Positions 1 through 20,266 of a stretch of 64,000 bases of DNA are shown one piece after another. Both the position numbers and the translations under genes were made by a program. The stretch lies in NCBI RefSeq assembly GCF_009914755.1, contig NC_060929.1. The stretch is one strand, 5' to 3'. The notes under the pieces were generated by a model. The model was not told the origin of the DNA. It was given only the letters and a program-made list of their open reading frames with translations, and did no database searches. Within the stretch, counting starts at the first letter, position 1. The number at the start of each line of letters is the position of its first letter. This DNA comes from the human T2T-CHM13v2.0 reference genome, Homo sapiens.

Positions 1-374
1 TGTCTCCAGGCAGCCATTTGATTTTCCATCAGGTAACATGAGTGAGAAGAAAATGTTTGTTGCAAGCTATTGAAATTTTGTGGTTGTTCACTTTTTAGAA
101 ACTCTTTGGAATTTTCTTTCTCATATCTTTATTAACATATAAAGTGTCTGTCTGGCATACTTTCAGATAATGTAAATAATATACTCAGCAATTGTTTTGT
201 GCTGGGCTTCCATTTAATCTTTCAAGATCATATGGATTTTTATAGCTTTATATGTTGTGTTTGGCATCTTAAGCTCACTATCTACCTACTGACTCTTAAA
301 TCCCAAACTCTAAAGAGGTTCTGAAGATTCCAAACAATGGCTTGATAGCTTAAAGTAAAAAAAGCTCAGGATAA

Positions 375-706
<332 letters not shown>

Positions 707-1001
707 TTGAGAAAGTGCATTTAAGCTCCTTCCTAAATGAATGATTATTTAGTCTTGCAGTGTCCATAATTTCTTTAGGTCACTTACGGAAGTCTCAAAC
801 TTGTCTGTAACACCTGATAATAACTTCCAGTACTATTCTAAAATGTAGATTTACTTTATCACATTTTCTTCTAACTTCTACTTGCCCCTGTTGTAACAAT
901 CTTCATTCTTCTTTTGTACTTATATTTTCTCCTTTTAAAACTCAATATCTAGGTCCTCTCTTATAATTGTGCTTAAAATTCATCCTGCAGTAGTGTCAGA
1001 G

Positions 1002-1213
1002 CAGGGTTTCTCAAAGTCATTGTGGGGAACTATCGTGTACATTGTAAGATGATTAGCAACATCCCTAGCCTCGACCACCAGATGCCAGTAGCACACCCTC
1101 TCTTTCACAGTTTTTTTTTTTTTTTAATCAGAAATATCTGCGCACATTGACAAATGTCCACCGGATGGGAAGAAGAATGTGGGGTGTAAAATTCCCATTT
1201 TTGAGACCCACTT
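1002..1213 (-). mobile_element. MER20 (hAT-Charlie) relic
   Basis: cagggtttctcaa...catccctagcctcgaccaccagatgccagtagcac...tgagacccac resembles the reverse complement of MER20. Confidence 0.75.
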
Positions 1214-1526
1214 GCTTAGAATGTATTAAAGACCTATAATTGAAAATACCTTGGCAAAATCTCCCAAAATTGTCTCTCAAAATAACAGTATATACAGTGT
1301 AACATACACAACATCCTGTTATACTAATGAAAAAATCTAAGAAAAACTCTATAGGATGATATTTAGATATTACAGTCACTATATTAACTATTAGGATAAT
1401 GTGCCACTAATTCCCAATCGTCACTGCTTTCATGTAGTGCTTGCTCCATATTGTCTTAATGTTAATCCTTAACATACACAGCCTAACATATTTATTGATG
1501 TGAAAGTTTTTGTTTTATTTTCAACA

Positions 1527-1746
1527 ACACGGTCTCAACCAGGGGTGATTTTCACTACCAGGGACAATTTGTCAATGTTTAGAGACAATTTTAGTTTTTA
1601 CTGCTGTAGGTAGTGGAGTGTGCTATTCACATCCGGTAAGTTTAGGGCAGGAAAACTGGTAAACCTCCTATAATATGAGGCTAGAGCCCAGAACAAAATT
1701 ATCAGGTCCAAAAATGTCAATAGTATTGAAGGTGAGACAATTTCTA
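1527..1746 (+). mobile_element. MER20 relic
   Basis: tctcaaccaggggtgatttt...gggacaatttgtcaatgtttagagaca...aaaatgtcaatagt..gaaggtgaga resembles MER20. Confidence 0.7.
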
Positions 1747-1940
1747 GGGAGATATTACACCTTGATATTCTCATTTAATATGCTGGTAATGTAATCCAGC
1801 ATTTTTCCAAAAATGAGAATAGCCTGGTGGCCTTAAATGTCATTGTTTTACTCTTACTTACATTGGACTAAAGAATGAGATCAAATGCAGCTGAATAATT
1901 TGGATATTTAAAGCAATAACATTTTTCACTAACGCGCATA

Positions 1941-2052
1941 GGCTTAATGCCTGGGTGACAAAATAATCTGTATACCTATTTACCTATAGGTTTACCTATA
2001 TAACAAACCTGCACATATACCCCTGAACTGAAAATAAAAGTTAATAAATAAA
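1941..2052 (+). mobile_element. Old L1 (L1PA/PB) 3' end fragment
   Basis: gcctgggtgacaaaataatctgta...tttacctatataacaaacctgcacatatacccctgaactgaaaataaaag followed by an A-rich tail. Confidence 0.75.
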
Positions 2053-4009
2053 GTAATTACATTTGTTTAGAAATAAAATAAATTTAGAAATGGAAAATAT
2101 TGTTGAAAATATTCTAAGAATTTTAAATTTATACATTAAAATAAAAATAATCTGAATATTATTACTAACAGAAAATCTTTGTCTTGATCTCAAATTCCAA
2201 GTAGAATACCTTTAGACTATCTCTAGCAATAGCTAACAGAATAAGATTTACAAATCTTGATAGATCATTTTTCATGCCTGTGTCATTTTAAAATGAATTG
2301 ATGGCTGTTAAAACTTAATTTAATTTGAGTCTCTTCCGGATCATATACATAGTTTTACAGACAGCCATGTTCAATGAAATTATAATATGTAACACAAGAA
2401 ATATGCCAGATGTAAAGTAAGAATCTCTTTTAAACGCTCTGATATTCAAAAATCTTTATCAGATTTCCTAAACTAACGATTTTAAACAAAACCTTTTAGT
2501 TAAGAAAGCATTGGTCTCAATAGTAAATCTGCCAATATGAATTGCTGCATTTTATTTTTGAACTTTCTAAAGGCCATCTGCCAGAGTAATTAGATATAAA
2601 ATCCTGCATGCAATCTAATATTAGATGAAAAGTTTAAACTACCAATGATACAATATTGATGCACAGAGGAATGAATTGATTTTTTATGTTATTCTCAAAT
2701 TGAAAGTCAATCTTTTTATAAAATAAATTTATAAATAAATCCAAATATGATATTTTAGCTCACTTTTGACAGTAGGTTTTCAGTTTCTGATGTTAACAAT
2801 GGCATAATTATGATTTGCTGAATGACTTTAAAGTGATCGGATAAGGAAACAATTAGGGTTTGCAGTAGCTGGAGAAAGAAAAAAAAGAAATATTTAGATA
2901 TTGCATACTCAATATGGCACATACTACGTCACAGGCTTTAATATCAGTTGACTACTCTCTTTAGAAGGAGTACGGTTTGACCTAGACCAGTTTATTTATT
3001 CATTTTTGTAATAATTTTTCCTCATTCTCTTTGACACATTGGTTAACCTAAAATTACTGTGTTGCTTAGGACATTGACTAAAAATCGTAGTCTTTCAGTT
3101 TGTGGCTGCTCACAGGATTTTTTTTTTTTTTTTGCTTTGGCTTACTAAATAATCTTTTATTGGAGTTAAAACAACAAAGCTAGTAAAGATATATAAATCA
3201 ATGCCAAAAAAAAGGAGACAGGCCTACTTATATGCCATTATCTTCTGTTATTGCCGTTGGATAGAAGACAGACATTATCATTTTTAATCAATTGTATACT
3301 TCATAAATATGATACAACAGATATTTTTACTTCCAAGATTATACATAGAGTTTTTATGATTCCTTTGTGAGTGTGAACTATATAGCTGTCCCTAAAACAT
3401 AATTGAGAACAGAAAGGTTTTATTTTTAATTATATAATTTTCTTGCCCAAGTTATATGGATTCATAGGTTACAGAATGTATAACAATATACATTTTTTGC
3501 ATTTTTAAATTTACTGTATAATTTATTTCTGAAACCAAATTTGATATACAACTATGTAAACCATTAAATATGATCTGGATTAAAATAATCTTAACAGACA
3601 AATCCAAAAACACTGCATTTTATTATTTCTATTTCTAATGTTACCTCCAGGTTTAGACTCCCCTAAGTAATTGACTCTACCTATTATGTTTGTGTTTTGA
3701 AACATCACTCTATATTGTAACAAAAAGAAAAATGACACAATTAGTTTCCTATATGTACACAAAAATTTTCAGTTTTAAATAAGGAAATATAGTTTTGAAA
3801 TTTAAAAAAGTAAATGTTATAATATTTTCTCAAATAATTTACTACTCATATTCCCATTGCTTAGTTTCATTAATTTTTACACTCACATTTTACATATCCA
3901 AGATATATTTCCAGCTTTATTTTCAGAATGAACTGCTAGGATCTTAGATGAGTTTATTATTTTGCACGAGGTGCCACTGCTTGACACCTGATTGTGTGTA
4001 TACCCCCCC

Positions 4010-5617
<1,608 letters not shown>

Positions 5618-5768
5618 TAAAATCAATACCCACTCTTCCCCACGAACAAGAGAAAGTAAAAACAACTAACAGTGGATTTCTGTATCACGATGACTCATTT
5701 TCAATAGAACACTACCATAGGTCAAATGGATGAATGCATAAATAATGAATGGATTAATATCTTTTACA

Positions 5769-5964
5769 TAATCATGTGCCACATAACAACGTTTACATCA
5801 ATAAGAGACAGCATGTAAAACAATGGCTCATTAAGATTATAATAGGGTTGAAAAATTGCTATCACCATTATAGATTGATCACTCTATGAAGTTTGCACAG
5901 TAAGATAATCACCTAGCCACACACTTCTCAGAACATATCCTCATTGCTAAGTGACACAAGGCTA
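5769..5964 (+). mobile_element. Tigger3/MER7-family internally deleted DNA transposon
   Basis: atcatgtgccacataacaacgttt...taagattataat...cactctatga...ttctcagaacatatcc..gctaagtgacaca matches both Tigger3 ends. Confidence 0.7.
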
Positions 5965-6284
5965 TATTTCATTTAATGATTGCGTAAATAGTTGTTGAGA
6001 AAAATCTGCACTCTAAGTACCAGGATAAAAGAGATTAATAATAAATTAATGATTAAATACACCATGATCAATCTTATCATTGAGGTCTATATGCTACATT
6101 TGGATTACATCGTAAAGGCAGAGGTTAATCATCGCAACTTACACAACAGGATACAGAGTGGATCAGCAGATAATTACATAATAGAATACAGTTTGAAACC
6201 TGCAAGATGCATTAGAATTAATTAGAATCAAACCATATGTGTGACTTTGGTTTAAATGTGCAAAACCTATTAATATAGATATAG

Positions 6285-6740
<456 letters not shown>

Positions 6741-8261
6741 TGTCTTTATAAATCTTATAGAAATATTTAACTTTTAAAATCAACCACACACAATTAAGAC
6801 TTTGATAAAAGTAATTAAGAAGTAAAGCAATGGAAAAAGCAATTTTTAAAAACATATATGAATGATTGAAAGCCAGGAGTAAAATTAAGAATTGTATTAA
6901 AATATCACTATTAAAATTAGCTACATAAATATTTAATTAATGCAGCTAAATTGTTAACAAAATTTACAGAAGAAAAGTATGTTAACATTACTGAATCATC
7001 TTAAAATCTTATTAAAATTTAAAGTTCTTCTCAACTGAAATTATATCACAGAAAAAAATAATGTCACCTTAAAAAGTTTAGGATTAGAAATACATAATTA
7101 TTTTTAAATATAGTCTTTATATATTAATTATATTTCATTAATGTCTTATTTCTTGAATAAACTTTTTTCATGATACTATTTAAGTGCCACATTCTACAAT
7201 AATATGGAAAACAATTCTACAAAATGTGGCATACAGTAATTGATAGGTAGTATAGCACACCTTTTATCTTTATAGCAAAAACATAATGTGTAAATTAATA
7301 TAACACTAAGTCCCATATTGTCATTTTTTGTCAAAGAGCTATCTCCTTGAAAACCATCATCCTCAGATGCATCTCTAACTTCAAAAAGACCTTAGAAACT
7401 GTAACAATTGTAAATGCGTTATAACTTAAAGAGATATTATCTTCACATTAGAGGCTAACAGGCTTATACCTACTGATAGCTGACAAGTATTATAGGAATC
7501 CTGGCAGGCAAATTGTTGCATAAAAATTATGTAATTTACTAACTGTAAAATAACCTTTAGAGTTTAGAATCAGTCAGATAAGTAGAACAGACAATTGTTA
7601 TCAAAGCCATATAAATGGCTATTAAAATTATTTTTTGCTACCCTCATTTTATCTCTGAAGAGACATCTTGTTAAAAAATGAATAACAGACACATATAAAT
7701 ACCTAATTACAAGCAGAGTTAAGATTAAAATTCAGCCTCATTAGGGGTGGGATAGAAATCAGTACACTAAAGAATATTTTGGTGCAGGTAGTTTGTTTCA
7801 AATGATTCAACCTTCAACATTACTTCACTTAAATTTTAGCAAACTTTCTGCTATAATTTAAGCATACAGACCTATGACACTAGACATATGTCCTGTGTAA
7901 GCCTGGGCTAGGGGAGCTCTATTTAATACTTACATAAACCCCAAAGATGTCCTAAGAAATAAAATTTGGAAAAACTTTGATGTGCTACAGCACGGATTTT
8001 CTCCTACAGCAACAGAGCAGACACTTGAATGTAGTTATACTCCTGCTTTCCACCTCCCTGTCAAAACAATAAAAAAGGCCACAGGCCTGTGGTTCTGGCC
8101 TCCAGGGAACTGGTGGCTTCTTTAACCCACACTGCTGCTGCTGAATCCCATTTAGGTTTAGGGTTTATTTTGTATATGCCTTTGTACAGGCTAAATGCTG
8201 GTCTAGTTGAAAATCAACCTAAAACAACCTTAATAGCATCTCATTTTATTGTGACTTTACT

Positions 8262-8566
<305 letters not shown>

Positions 8567-9871
8567 TGACTTTAAACTTGAACATGCTTTTGTGCTGTGG
8601 CCGAGTTTAGGATCCCAACCAGCCTGTGATTACTGTGGTCACCACACAGATTCCCTCTTGTTCCATCTTTTATATTCCATCTTCTCACTCTCATAACTGT
8701 GTGGATAGGAAAACAATTATCCATACAGGTATGATATTGGCAGAGAAAATCACAAAATGTTTTAATGAGCAAACACTTTGGGGATGGTAATAATCTTTCT
8801 ACCACCTTCATTGTCTTGTTTAAGTATCTCTACATTCTTCTTTAAAAATTAGGAATATATCTTTCTTGCTCTTTCGTTGTTGTTGAACACCAGAAGGGGA
8901 TATTCCTTAATTCTCTCTCCATAGCTAAGGACAGTACAGCACAATATTCCATTCAGCAGGTGAAGTCAGTATGAATGAATGCATTTCAATCAGCAAATTG
9001 CTGGTTGTGTTGCAACTCCTAGTTATGATGTTTTGTGTACTTTGAAGGGCTCCCATTAATTAAGGTATTTCTTATAAGCATTCAGAAAGTTTCTTTTCTT
9101 GGCATGCGACTTGAAAATTTGTCCTGATATTTTCCCTGTGACAATGTTTTGTGAATTGTAACTCAGCCACTTAAGTGGCTCCTCATAATAAAGCCACATG
9201 GTATCCATGTACACATATTTAACAAATCAAAGAAGTGGTTCTCAACCTAATCTCTAGAGGAGGTCCTTCTTGTTCACTTTCAATAACTATGTTGAAGAAT
9301 AGATTCTAAAAAGCTATCACCAAATTTTCGAATATGTTTTGAAATTTGTGTCCACAAAATCTATAAATCAATAAATGTATAGAATAGAGCATAATAATCC
9401 AATTAACAAATTTAAGATGTCATCTAAGCAGGAATGAATGCAATAAATAGGCCTTCTTACTTCAAAATCAACTGCAGAGGTAATGCATTGCCACTAGACT
9501 TGTGTGCTGTGTTGGTAATAAATTAACAAAAACTTTGGGGATAAGAAAAATCTGCAAATAAAATGGTGTGTCATTTGTGAAATATAATCACAAAAATGTT
9601 CAGATTGTTATAATTAACAGAAAAACTATTGCTTTTATTATATCCAGTGTTTAACAGACACTATTCATGTATACATACAACATTCTTATAATAACTCTTG
9701 TGTCCATGTAAATAGCAGTCTTGCCAAAAAGAATTGATTATCATGTAGTAGTTTGTAAGTATTTTCATGCATAGGCTGCAACCCTTTAGAGTGCTATTCT
9801 AATAAATTATTAATATTAACTTGATGAACACAATTCTAAGACATTTCATTTGAGGATATGTTTATTAACTA

Positions 9872-9917
9872 TTAGGTTGGTACAAAAGGCATTGCGTTTT
9901 TTGCCATTACTTTCAAT
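9872..9917. mobile_element. MADE1 (Hsmar1-derived MITE), half copy
   Basis: ta-ttaggttggtacaaaaggcattgcgttttttgccattactttcaat resembles one MADE1 arm. Confidence 0.75.
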
Positions 9918-12437
9918 AAAAAATAGAACCAGCATTTAGAAATCTACTTTCAGAAACTTAATAAAATGAGAATTTGTCCTCTTTTACATATAGGAAGCCT
10001 GCATAATAAGCATTCTGTTGCTAGTACATAAGCTTCCCATTTTCATCAGGAAACTATACACTTACATTTCACTTTTACTAACTTCAATGCATGACTTCTA
10101 CCTTCAAGGTGATTTCATGCTTCTAGCCACCATGTCTGTACTCCAGGACAGCAGCACAAAGTGTAGAAAAATAAAAAAGACATACCTCCCTAATGAGTCA
10201 ACTGCACTTAAGGAGCCATCCCAGAAGTTTCACACGGCTTATTTGAATACAGCTATATCCAGATGCAAGGAATGCTGGGAAATGTGGTATTGTGCGCAGC
10301 TAAAGTTGGGATTATGTTAGTGAAAATGAGACCACGAACATTGGAAGGTTAAAAGCAATCTCTCATGACATATACAATTACAGAAATTAAATTAAATCTT
10401 TAAGCAATGTGATAAACCTATGGAATGTTAACAGGCAAAAATAGCAACATTAAAAATTACAGTGAGGGAATAAGGTATGATTCGTTTGTAGATGGTTTGT
10501 GTGTCATTAATCTAGGCAAAAAGTCATAAACTCCTCTAACAGTGACCACATGTATAAAAGAAATAATAATACACACTATGGCTAACAACATTCCATTTTG
10601 GCCTATTTACTGTTGTTAAGTCTCTATGGTTAGCATCAGAAATGTACAGTTTTGATAGCCTATGACCTCAACATGTTCAGTTTGATAGTAGAAAGGACAA
10701 CATAAAGACAAACCAATCAACAAATAAGAATAAAAACTGTTAAAAAAAGGACAATATTATCATAAGAACATAAGGATGTGATAATGTATTTGACATATCG
10801 TTTATTTATTGTTTTATAGTTGGATAATACATATAAATTTACTGCTCCTTCAATGTTAGAATCAATAGAATCATAGCAGAAGTAATTAAGCAGATAAAGA
10901 TCAAAACGTCACCTTTATTACTTACTGTTTGAAAAATAGTCTAAGGCTGGTTTTACAGGGTTGCTCCTATCCATCACCTGATGTGAAGTTTCTTAGGAAG
11001 CTTCAGGACTACACCAAAGAAGCAGAACCTGCTCTTTCACTCTGTTGCATTGTGTGGAGTGCAGGCCATCATGACTGCTCTCTACAAGAAAAAGAAAGGA
11101 AATAATTAAGAAACGCACAAAAGTTTGTGAATTGAGAATCCCAAAATAGGTATGAAATTGGTTAGCTTTCTAAATTCACCAATCTCATAACTAACACCTG
11201 TCCCCATGCAGTGAATGAGTAAAGGATGGACAGACTCCATAATGATTATTCTAGGGAAAGCCTTCTGAGTAGAAAGAGGAGAGTTTTGCAAACAGTTTTG
11301 TAGAGTTTACTCTTGTTTATGCACTGATAATAAATAAGAGTTCCTAAAATTCTCTCTAGAACTCTAGGTAAATGAGATATTTCACTGCTCATGCTGTGTG
11401 ACCTTCATGTCCCATCTGCCTAGACTGTAAATATGCTTTCTGAAGTTTAAAAGAATTAGTATACTATGCTTACATTAAGCAAAAAAGTACCCTTATTATG
11501 CAGGATCAAGTAACACTCTAAAGATTCATGTTTATGAAAAAACACTGATGATTCTATTTTATTATGTGTCTTCTAAAGAGAAAAATACTTGTGCTCTGCA
11601 GCATAATTTTACAATGTGCTATTCTAAATACTTTCATTTAAACAAGACCATTATGAAAATGTTTTGCACACAGAAATATATTTTGAATACTTTTTTAAAA
11701 AGATCACAAAGTATATGGTCTCTGTACGTGTTCAATTATTTTAATGCTTTCACTATAACAGGAATTCTTAAAGAGGATATGTACTTGCATAATGCTGATA
11801 ATTCTTTCTCATTTCTGTTTGTGCTTTGGCTGTTGTTACAACCACTGAAAGTAGTAATTACATGAGTGTATTATCCATGATTATCTTTAGATATATGTGC
11901 ATTTTCTTTAATTAAACTATAAACTCTAAATGAAAAATAAAAAAGAAGTCACCTCTTGTCTCTTTGTACAATATTAAAATTTTTTTCTTGTATCCAGAGT
12001 TTCCCAAATGCCTGTTGCAAAATTTTACTTAGGGAGTAGAAAGTGGAGAATCAATATGGTAAAAAAAACTGTGTTACAGGGAAGGAGACACAGGGTAAGC
12101 ATTTTCCTTATCTTCTCTCCTGTATCTACGTGCTGCACAAGCATAAATGATAGCAGTCACATGAACGAGTACTTTTCAAGAACGTAGAATATGGTGATGG
12201 AAAAAAAAAACCGCTTTGAAACATCGAATAATATAAAAGCCAGAACTACTACAACTATTTTTTACATCCATAGAAGGTAAACTATTTTTAGATATAAAAT
12301 TCCTTCTGACGGTAGTCCTGATCATTTAACCAATATTTTGATAAATCAAAGAAGGGAAAAATGGACATTCAGTCCAAAGATGGGCATGTATTCCCATGCC
12401 CAGTCAGGCAAAATTGTGGATGTTCTTTAAAATAACA

Positions 12438-12610
12438 ATTCATTCAACAAATAATTTTTAAATGGCTACTGAATACCTGGAAAGGTTCTAGACACAGGGG
12501 CTATAGTAAGAAACAAGAAGGAACTAATTGACAAGAATGTGCTCACCGACAATGAAACATCTCCTCATGGAGCTTGAGTTCTGTTTGAAAAGACAGAGAA
12601 CAAAAAAATA
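12438..12610 (-). mobile_element. L2 3' fragment
   Basis: attcattcaacaaata...ttctagacacagggg...ctcatggagcttgagttct is a typical L2 3' end. Confidence 0.55.
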
Positions 12611-13123
12611 TTATTGCACAGAGTGTTAGTTATGTGTGAATTAAAAGACTGGTCAGTACTTGAAGGAGAAGGAGTGACAACAAATCTCACTTCCAGTTCT
12701 ATTTACCTGAACAGATTAATTCTATTTTGTTTCAATGCAACAGTAGTCCTACGGTTAACAAGATGCACTACACAAAGCAAACAACTTATAAAACGCATTT
12801 TTTCCTTATATTGCAAATCAATTTTAAGTGGATCTACAAATATACAATAAATAATATAAATTACGGATCGTTTGTTTCTAAGGTAATAAGTACATTTGTT
12901 AATTTCACATAAATAATTTCAGAAGGAGAGCAAATGTAAAAATGTGTTTTAGACAGTGGAGATGCCATTTTATTGTAAGACTATTTATACTCAAAGGACA
13001 AAGTAATCAGCTTTCTATGTCAATGATCGTCCTTCTCTATTTCACCCAGTTCCAGACAAACCCAAGTCTTCCAAGTCTCTTCATATATCTGATCCAATAA
13101 AATCTATAATGAGTTCAGTTAGC

Positions 13124-13177
13124 ATACACACACACACACACACACCACACACACACAAGCACACAAACACACACACA
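13124..13177. repeat. Imperfect (CA)n
   Basis: Read directly from the sequence. Confidence 0.9.
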
Positions 13178-13379
13178 TGACTGCATTGAAATACTTGCTC
13201 TAGGGAAGGAACATAGTGTATATGCAACTTGTGTACTTTCTAAGTATGGGAAGACTAATCCTTTAACAACTGCATTTACTTTCTTTCACTTCTATCGTTG
13301 CTATCTACTCCTCAGAAATCTACTTAAACAACCAATAAATATATATGATGTTGTTATGAGAGTTTTGGAAATAATTCCT

Positions 13380-13720
13380 AAAAATTTGCATGGTTGCCTC
13401 TTTATATTTGGCAGCTTCTATCACCCATGGGAACAACCCCTACAGAATGATCAGAATATAAAGCATGTGAGCCCTGGGTTTCTCAGGCACTGGAAGGACC
13501 TGTCAGAATCCTCTCAGGTGGGTCAAAATGGCCAGGCTTTATAACCTCATCTCCATTCGTGTTTGCATGTCCAGTGCTCCAGGATGCCCTAACATTGAGC
13601 CAGACAATGGTTACAGCTGAGGCAAACTTTGAAGGAGCTGAGAGCTGAAGGCTGCTTTGTAATATTGCTCCTAGCAGCCAAGGGGGAAAGAAATCTTTTC
13701 TTGAAGAGCGATCTGTGTCC
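13380..13720. mobile_element. Old ERVL LTR fragment (LTR33-like)
   Basis: gctgaggcaaactttgaaggagctgagagctgaaggctg resembles a remembered LTR33 motif; boundaries are approximate. Confidence 0.35.
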
Positions 13721-15639
13721 ATAGCAAAATGTTTTTTTCTTAGCTCTTGTAAAATCGAAATTGTTTGCTTTTGAATTTTTTTAAATGATTCCTTTAAGAT
13801 TCTTAATACCAAGATATCACAAGGTCAAGGAATTTTATAAAGAAGTATTTCTATTTATGTAATTTCCTAAATTTATCTATACACAAATCAGCACTAAAAC
13901 ATGCCTTTGATACTAACAACTTGATCGGTTTGTGAACCAAATCTGTCATGCAAATACATACGGCTGTTTTTAGATAAATTCTAAAGGTATTACCAAATCA
14001 TTTAATTTTATTGTGTATCTCAATATTCTGGTTGATGTATAAGTTTAAATAGAACAAACTATTTGACATTGAAATGTTCTTTATCAAAGGAGAAGGAATA
14101 CAATTTTAAAGCCACAACGAGTGACACATAGTTCTGAATGATTTATTGGCTGTCTGCCATTCTGAAATGGCTGCCAGTCAATGTTACATGTGACATCTTT
14201 CAGATAGTGTGAACTCTTTTATGCAAGCACCTTTCACTATAAAATTACAGCTGGAGATCATGAAGAGAAAAGTGTGGTGTTTATCTTAATGGGCTGAAAG
14301 ACCTATTTCAACAGTTACAGTAATTCAGAAAAATAGTCTGAAGTCTAGTATTTCAATAATGTTATTTTCATAGATTTTAATCTCTAAAGACAATGCTTCA
14401 CTTTTGTAGAAAATGACTTTTCTAATCATCCTGGATTTCAAAATTCTTTCCATTACTTAATATTTAAATCACTGGCAGAACTTGGCATGAGGACTAGAGA
14501 GCTGTCACCAAGCAGCCAGTCATTTTTCTTGGCTTCCCATATGCCATGCCCAGCAATAGAGCATTTCTTAGTAGCTGAGGAATAGCAGCAGTGCTAAACA
14601 CAGAGATGACATTAACAGGAATGAGAGGGTCCAAGCTGTTTTCCTAGACTAATTCTCATTCAGCCTGAATTCAAAGCATTTTCCTATCATTATCATAGAT
14701 ATTTCGCTTGTGGTATTATCTATCTTTTGGCAATGTTGATTTTTTTCTGATTATCCAAATAAGTAATGTTAATGGAAAAAATCAGATATTAGGGGAAAAA
14801 AAAATCTAGAAATAAATGTTAACCCAAGACAATAACAATTCAATTAATTTATATGATACCTTAGGGATTGTGTCAATTATTTTTTAAATGAAATTCAAAA
14901 AATTCAACACCTGTGTTTTCTCCTATGATTACAAATTCAACCAGGGCACAATTGTAAATGGTTGTATTTGGTTGAATTTTTAGATTGTTTATAAGTTTTA
15001 CTCTTGCAGACAATAATAATGGAGTTTCTTTGAAAATAAATTTAGTTGTTCTATAACCAAGGCATAAATATTCAATTCAATAAAATTAGCAAAAATATTA
15101 AATGAAAAGTATATTATATATAAAATGCATAAATAAAATATCCTGCACTGATCATTTTATGTCTATGGTTACCCTATTGATTCTGTGCACATTTGCATAT
15201 GGGTATATATGCAATTTTATACAATGAAGTATTAATAGTGTACATAAATTTAGTAATTATTTTACCCCTTAAAAGTATATGCAATGAGTGTCACTTATAT
15301 ATAAATTCTGTTAACGTGGAAGAAGAATGTTAGTCAAAAAAACTACGAATTTAACAATTTTCTGGTTAATTCAAAGGGCTTTCCAAAAATGTCTTTTAAA
15401 ATTCAATTTCATTTATTTTCTCATAGCAGAATATGAGAATGAATCTTTTTTGCTGCAAATTGGCTAGCAATAAATTTTTATTTTTATTATTTTAATTCTG
15501 TGAATTTCGGGAATGGAGTCTCATTCAGTATAAATATTATAATACTAATGAGATTGACTCCCTCCTTCTTATTAACAGTGTGCATTTTTACCCTCCGTGA
15601 TTCAGTGCATGGTGTAGTGCTATAATTAAAAATGAACAT

Positions 15640-17818
<2,179 letters not shown>

Positions 17819-19226
17819 TAGGAGGCTATTGCAATAACAAAAGAAAATTTGAATAGCTGTATCCAACATGAAAAGATTGCTAGTAGAATTAAATGAGTTA
17901 CTATAGGTAAAACAATCAGGGAAGTAATTAAAGAGAATCTGCACTAACATTGTTTTATTAATTTAAAATATCTGTACACAATCCTTTGACTCATTTGGAA
18001 TTAGTTTTAGTGTATTTTAGAAAATAAGGTTTATTTTTTATTTTCTCCCAAAACAATTCTTCAAGACAACTTTTCGAACAGTAAATTCCTTCTTTGTTTA
18101 TAATATGTATTTTAATAAAGTCACTTATCTTCATGATTTCTAGGACATCGGTTCTATCTAATCTATTGTTCAGCATTCGTCTGAGTATTTTCTGAGCAGC
18201 AATTAACCCCTCTGTACCTCTGAGTGCCCACATTTCCTTGATCCATTTCACCTTGCTGATCAATCCTTCTTTACTCATAGTCTAAATTTTTTTTTTAGAA
18301 CTTCTGAGAGTGCCTCAAACCTTGGTCTTGGGTCTTCCTTCAATCTTATTTGTCTTTCCACCTGATCTTAATTATTTACATCACATTATACCCTATCTTT
18401 ATGGTGACAAATCTCAAAATTATCTCTCTGACCTAAACTTATCATTAAAGATTTGGTTGCAACTTATTAAGAAGTCAGGTTCAATGTAATACATGCATTG
18501 TTGATTTAATATGCTCATCAAAATACTTAAAATTTTATTTGAATGCAAAAAAATAAAGCTTTTAATTTTATCTCCTATTTAATAATTTTGACAAAAACAT
18601 TATACCAATCATTACTAATTATTGCTGGCTTTTAAAATATTATCTGATTAAATATTTTTGACTTGGAAAAATGGTAACAAATGCTTCTCTCTTTCTTGTC
18701 CCCTTGAACCATACTTGATATATTGCTTTTTCCAAATCCGGGCCACAAGTTCAGAATATAGCCTGTTAAAATATCTTCTATGTATAAACTATCTTTAAAT
18801 TTTCTTGAGAGAATACTGAGTAACCAAAAGCATTGCTCCTTCACCCTACAAAAGAGAGAAAAATTAAAAAATCACATTAATTTGTAATTTTAAATGGTAA
18901 TTAAAGCTATTGTGAGGGCTCTTTTATCGGCCAAACTTGTGAACAAAAAACAGCTCAAATTTATGTGTAAATAAAATATATTGAGATGAAGCCTTTCATT
19001 CAATGTGTGATTTTCAGTTCAAAAAAACACACTGATGTTCAAGAACAAAGACTGGTACAATAACTATCTACAAAATGCTTTTGTTACTAGATTTTAATTC
19101 CTTCATCAAACAGACACAGTCAAAGTTGATAGTGTCACTAGATCTAGAGGTCTATCAATATCCTTCCCACCATTTAATATGTTCTTAATCTCAGGGAAAT
19201 TCTAAATCATATTCTTCTAAATTGTA

Positions 19227-20266
19227 CAGTTGACTCCTGAAAAACACAAGGTTTAGGGCCATCAAACCTCCCTAACCCCTCCCCACCACCCCAGCACAGT
19301 CAAAAATTCACATATAACTTTGGACTCCCCAAAACTAAACTAACAGCCTACTGTTGACTGGACAATCCTTAACACATATTTCATACGCTGTATGTATTTT
19401 ACACCGTAGTTTTACAATGAAGCTAGTTACAGAAAAGAAAGTGTTATTAAGAAAATTATAGGGAAGAAAAAATACGTTTACAGTACTACAGTATATTTAT
19501 TTCTCTCATAAGTTTACAATCCTGTGTTTACAAGATGGATCCTTCTTCTGAAATGGCAGCACACACAGCTGCAGGCCTCAATCTAGGGTACCTATCAAGC
19601 AATTCATTGTTTTCCTGTAATGTCAGGACCCTTCTCTGTTTCCTGGAAGAACTTTCAGCATCACTAGCAGCACTTTTTATAGGTCTGAAGGTGTTATTCA
19701 AGGTTTATGGTATTGCACTAGACATCATGAATAATACAGGAGAAACATGAGAGAACACTTTTTACTGTGTTAATTTACTGGAGAGACAAGCTACTCACAA
19801 GAAGATGATTAGCATTATGTGGCATTTTAAGTGAATACTCACAACACTTGAGTTCACTGCAAGAACAACAGGTGGAGGCTAGGAAATTATCCCAGTAGTA
19901 CAGTATGTACTACAGTTAATTTTGTGCAGTTATGATTTACTTTTGTATATTTTTGTTTTACTTTTCTCTAAACTTCAATTGGCTGCATGTATGCTCTGTG
20001 TTTGCCTACGTCTTGATAAATTTTAACTTTTTATAATAGACGCATATATATTTCATTGTATTAAATGATCACTAGTATCTACATATGATTTATGCATTCA
20101 TGACATCGTTTTCTTAGTTTTTTAATATTTCTTGTGTAGATGGGTCACCTGTTATCTTTTTCAATTTTTCATAAATCTCCAAAAATTTTCTAATATATTT
20201 ATAGGAAAAAATCTACATATGAGCAGACCTGCACAGTTCAAACCTGTGTTGTTGAGGAGTCAACTA
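19227..20266 (-). mobile_element. Tigger2-family (Tigger2b-like) non-autonomous DNA transposon, about 1.04 kb
   Basis: TIRs cagttgactcctgaaaaacac / gtgttgttgaggagtcaacta, both flanked by TA. Confidence 0.8.

Noticed and set aside
1002-1746. Inverted MER20 pair as a composite transposon or hairpin
   Set aside because: Both copies are heavily diverged and no shared outer TSD is visible; most likely independent insertions.
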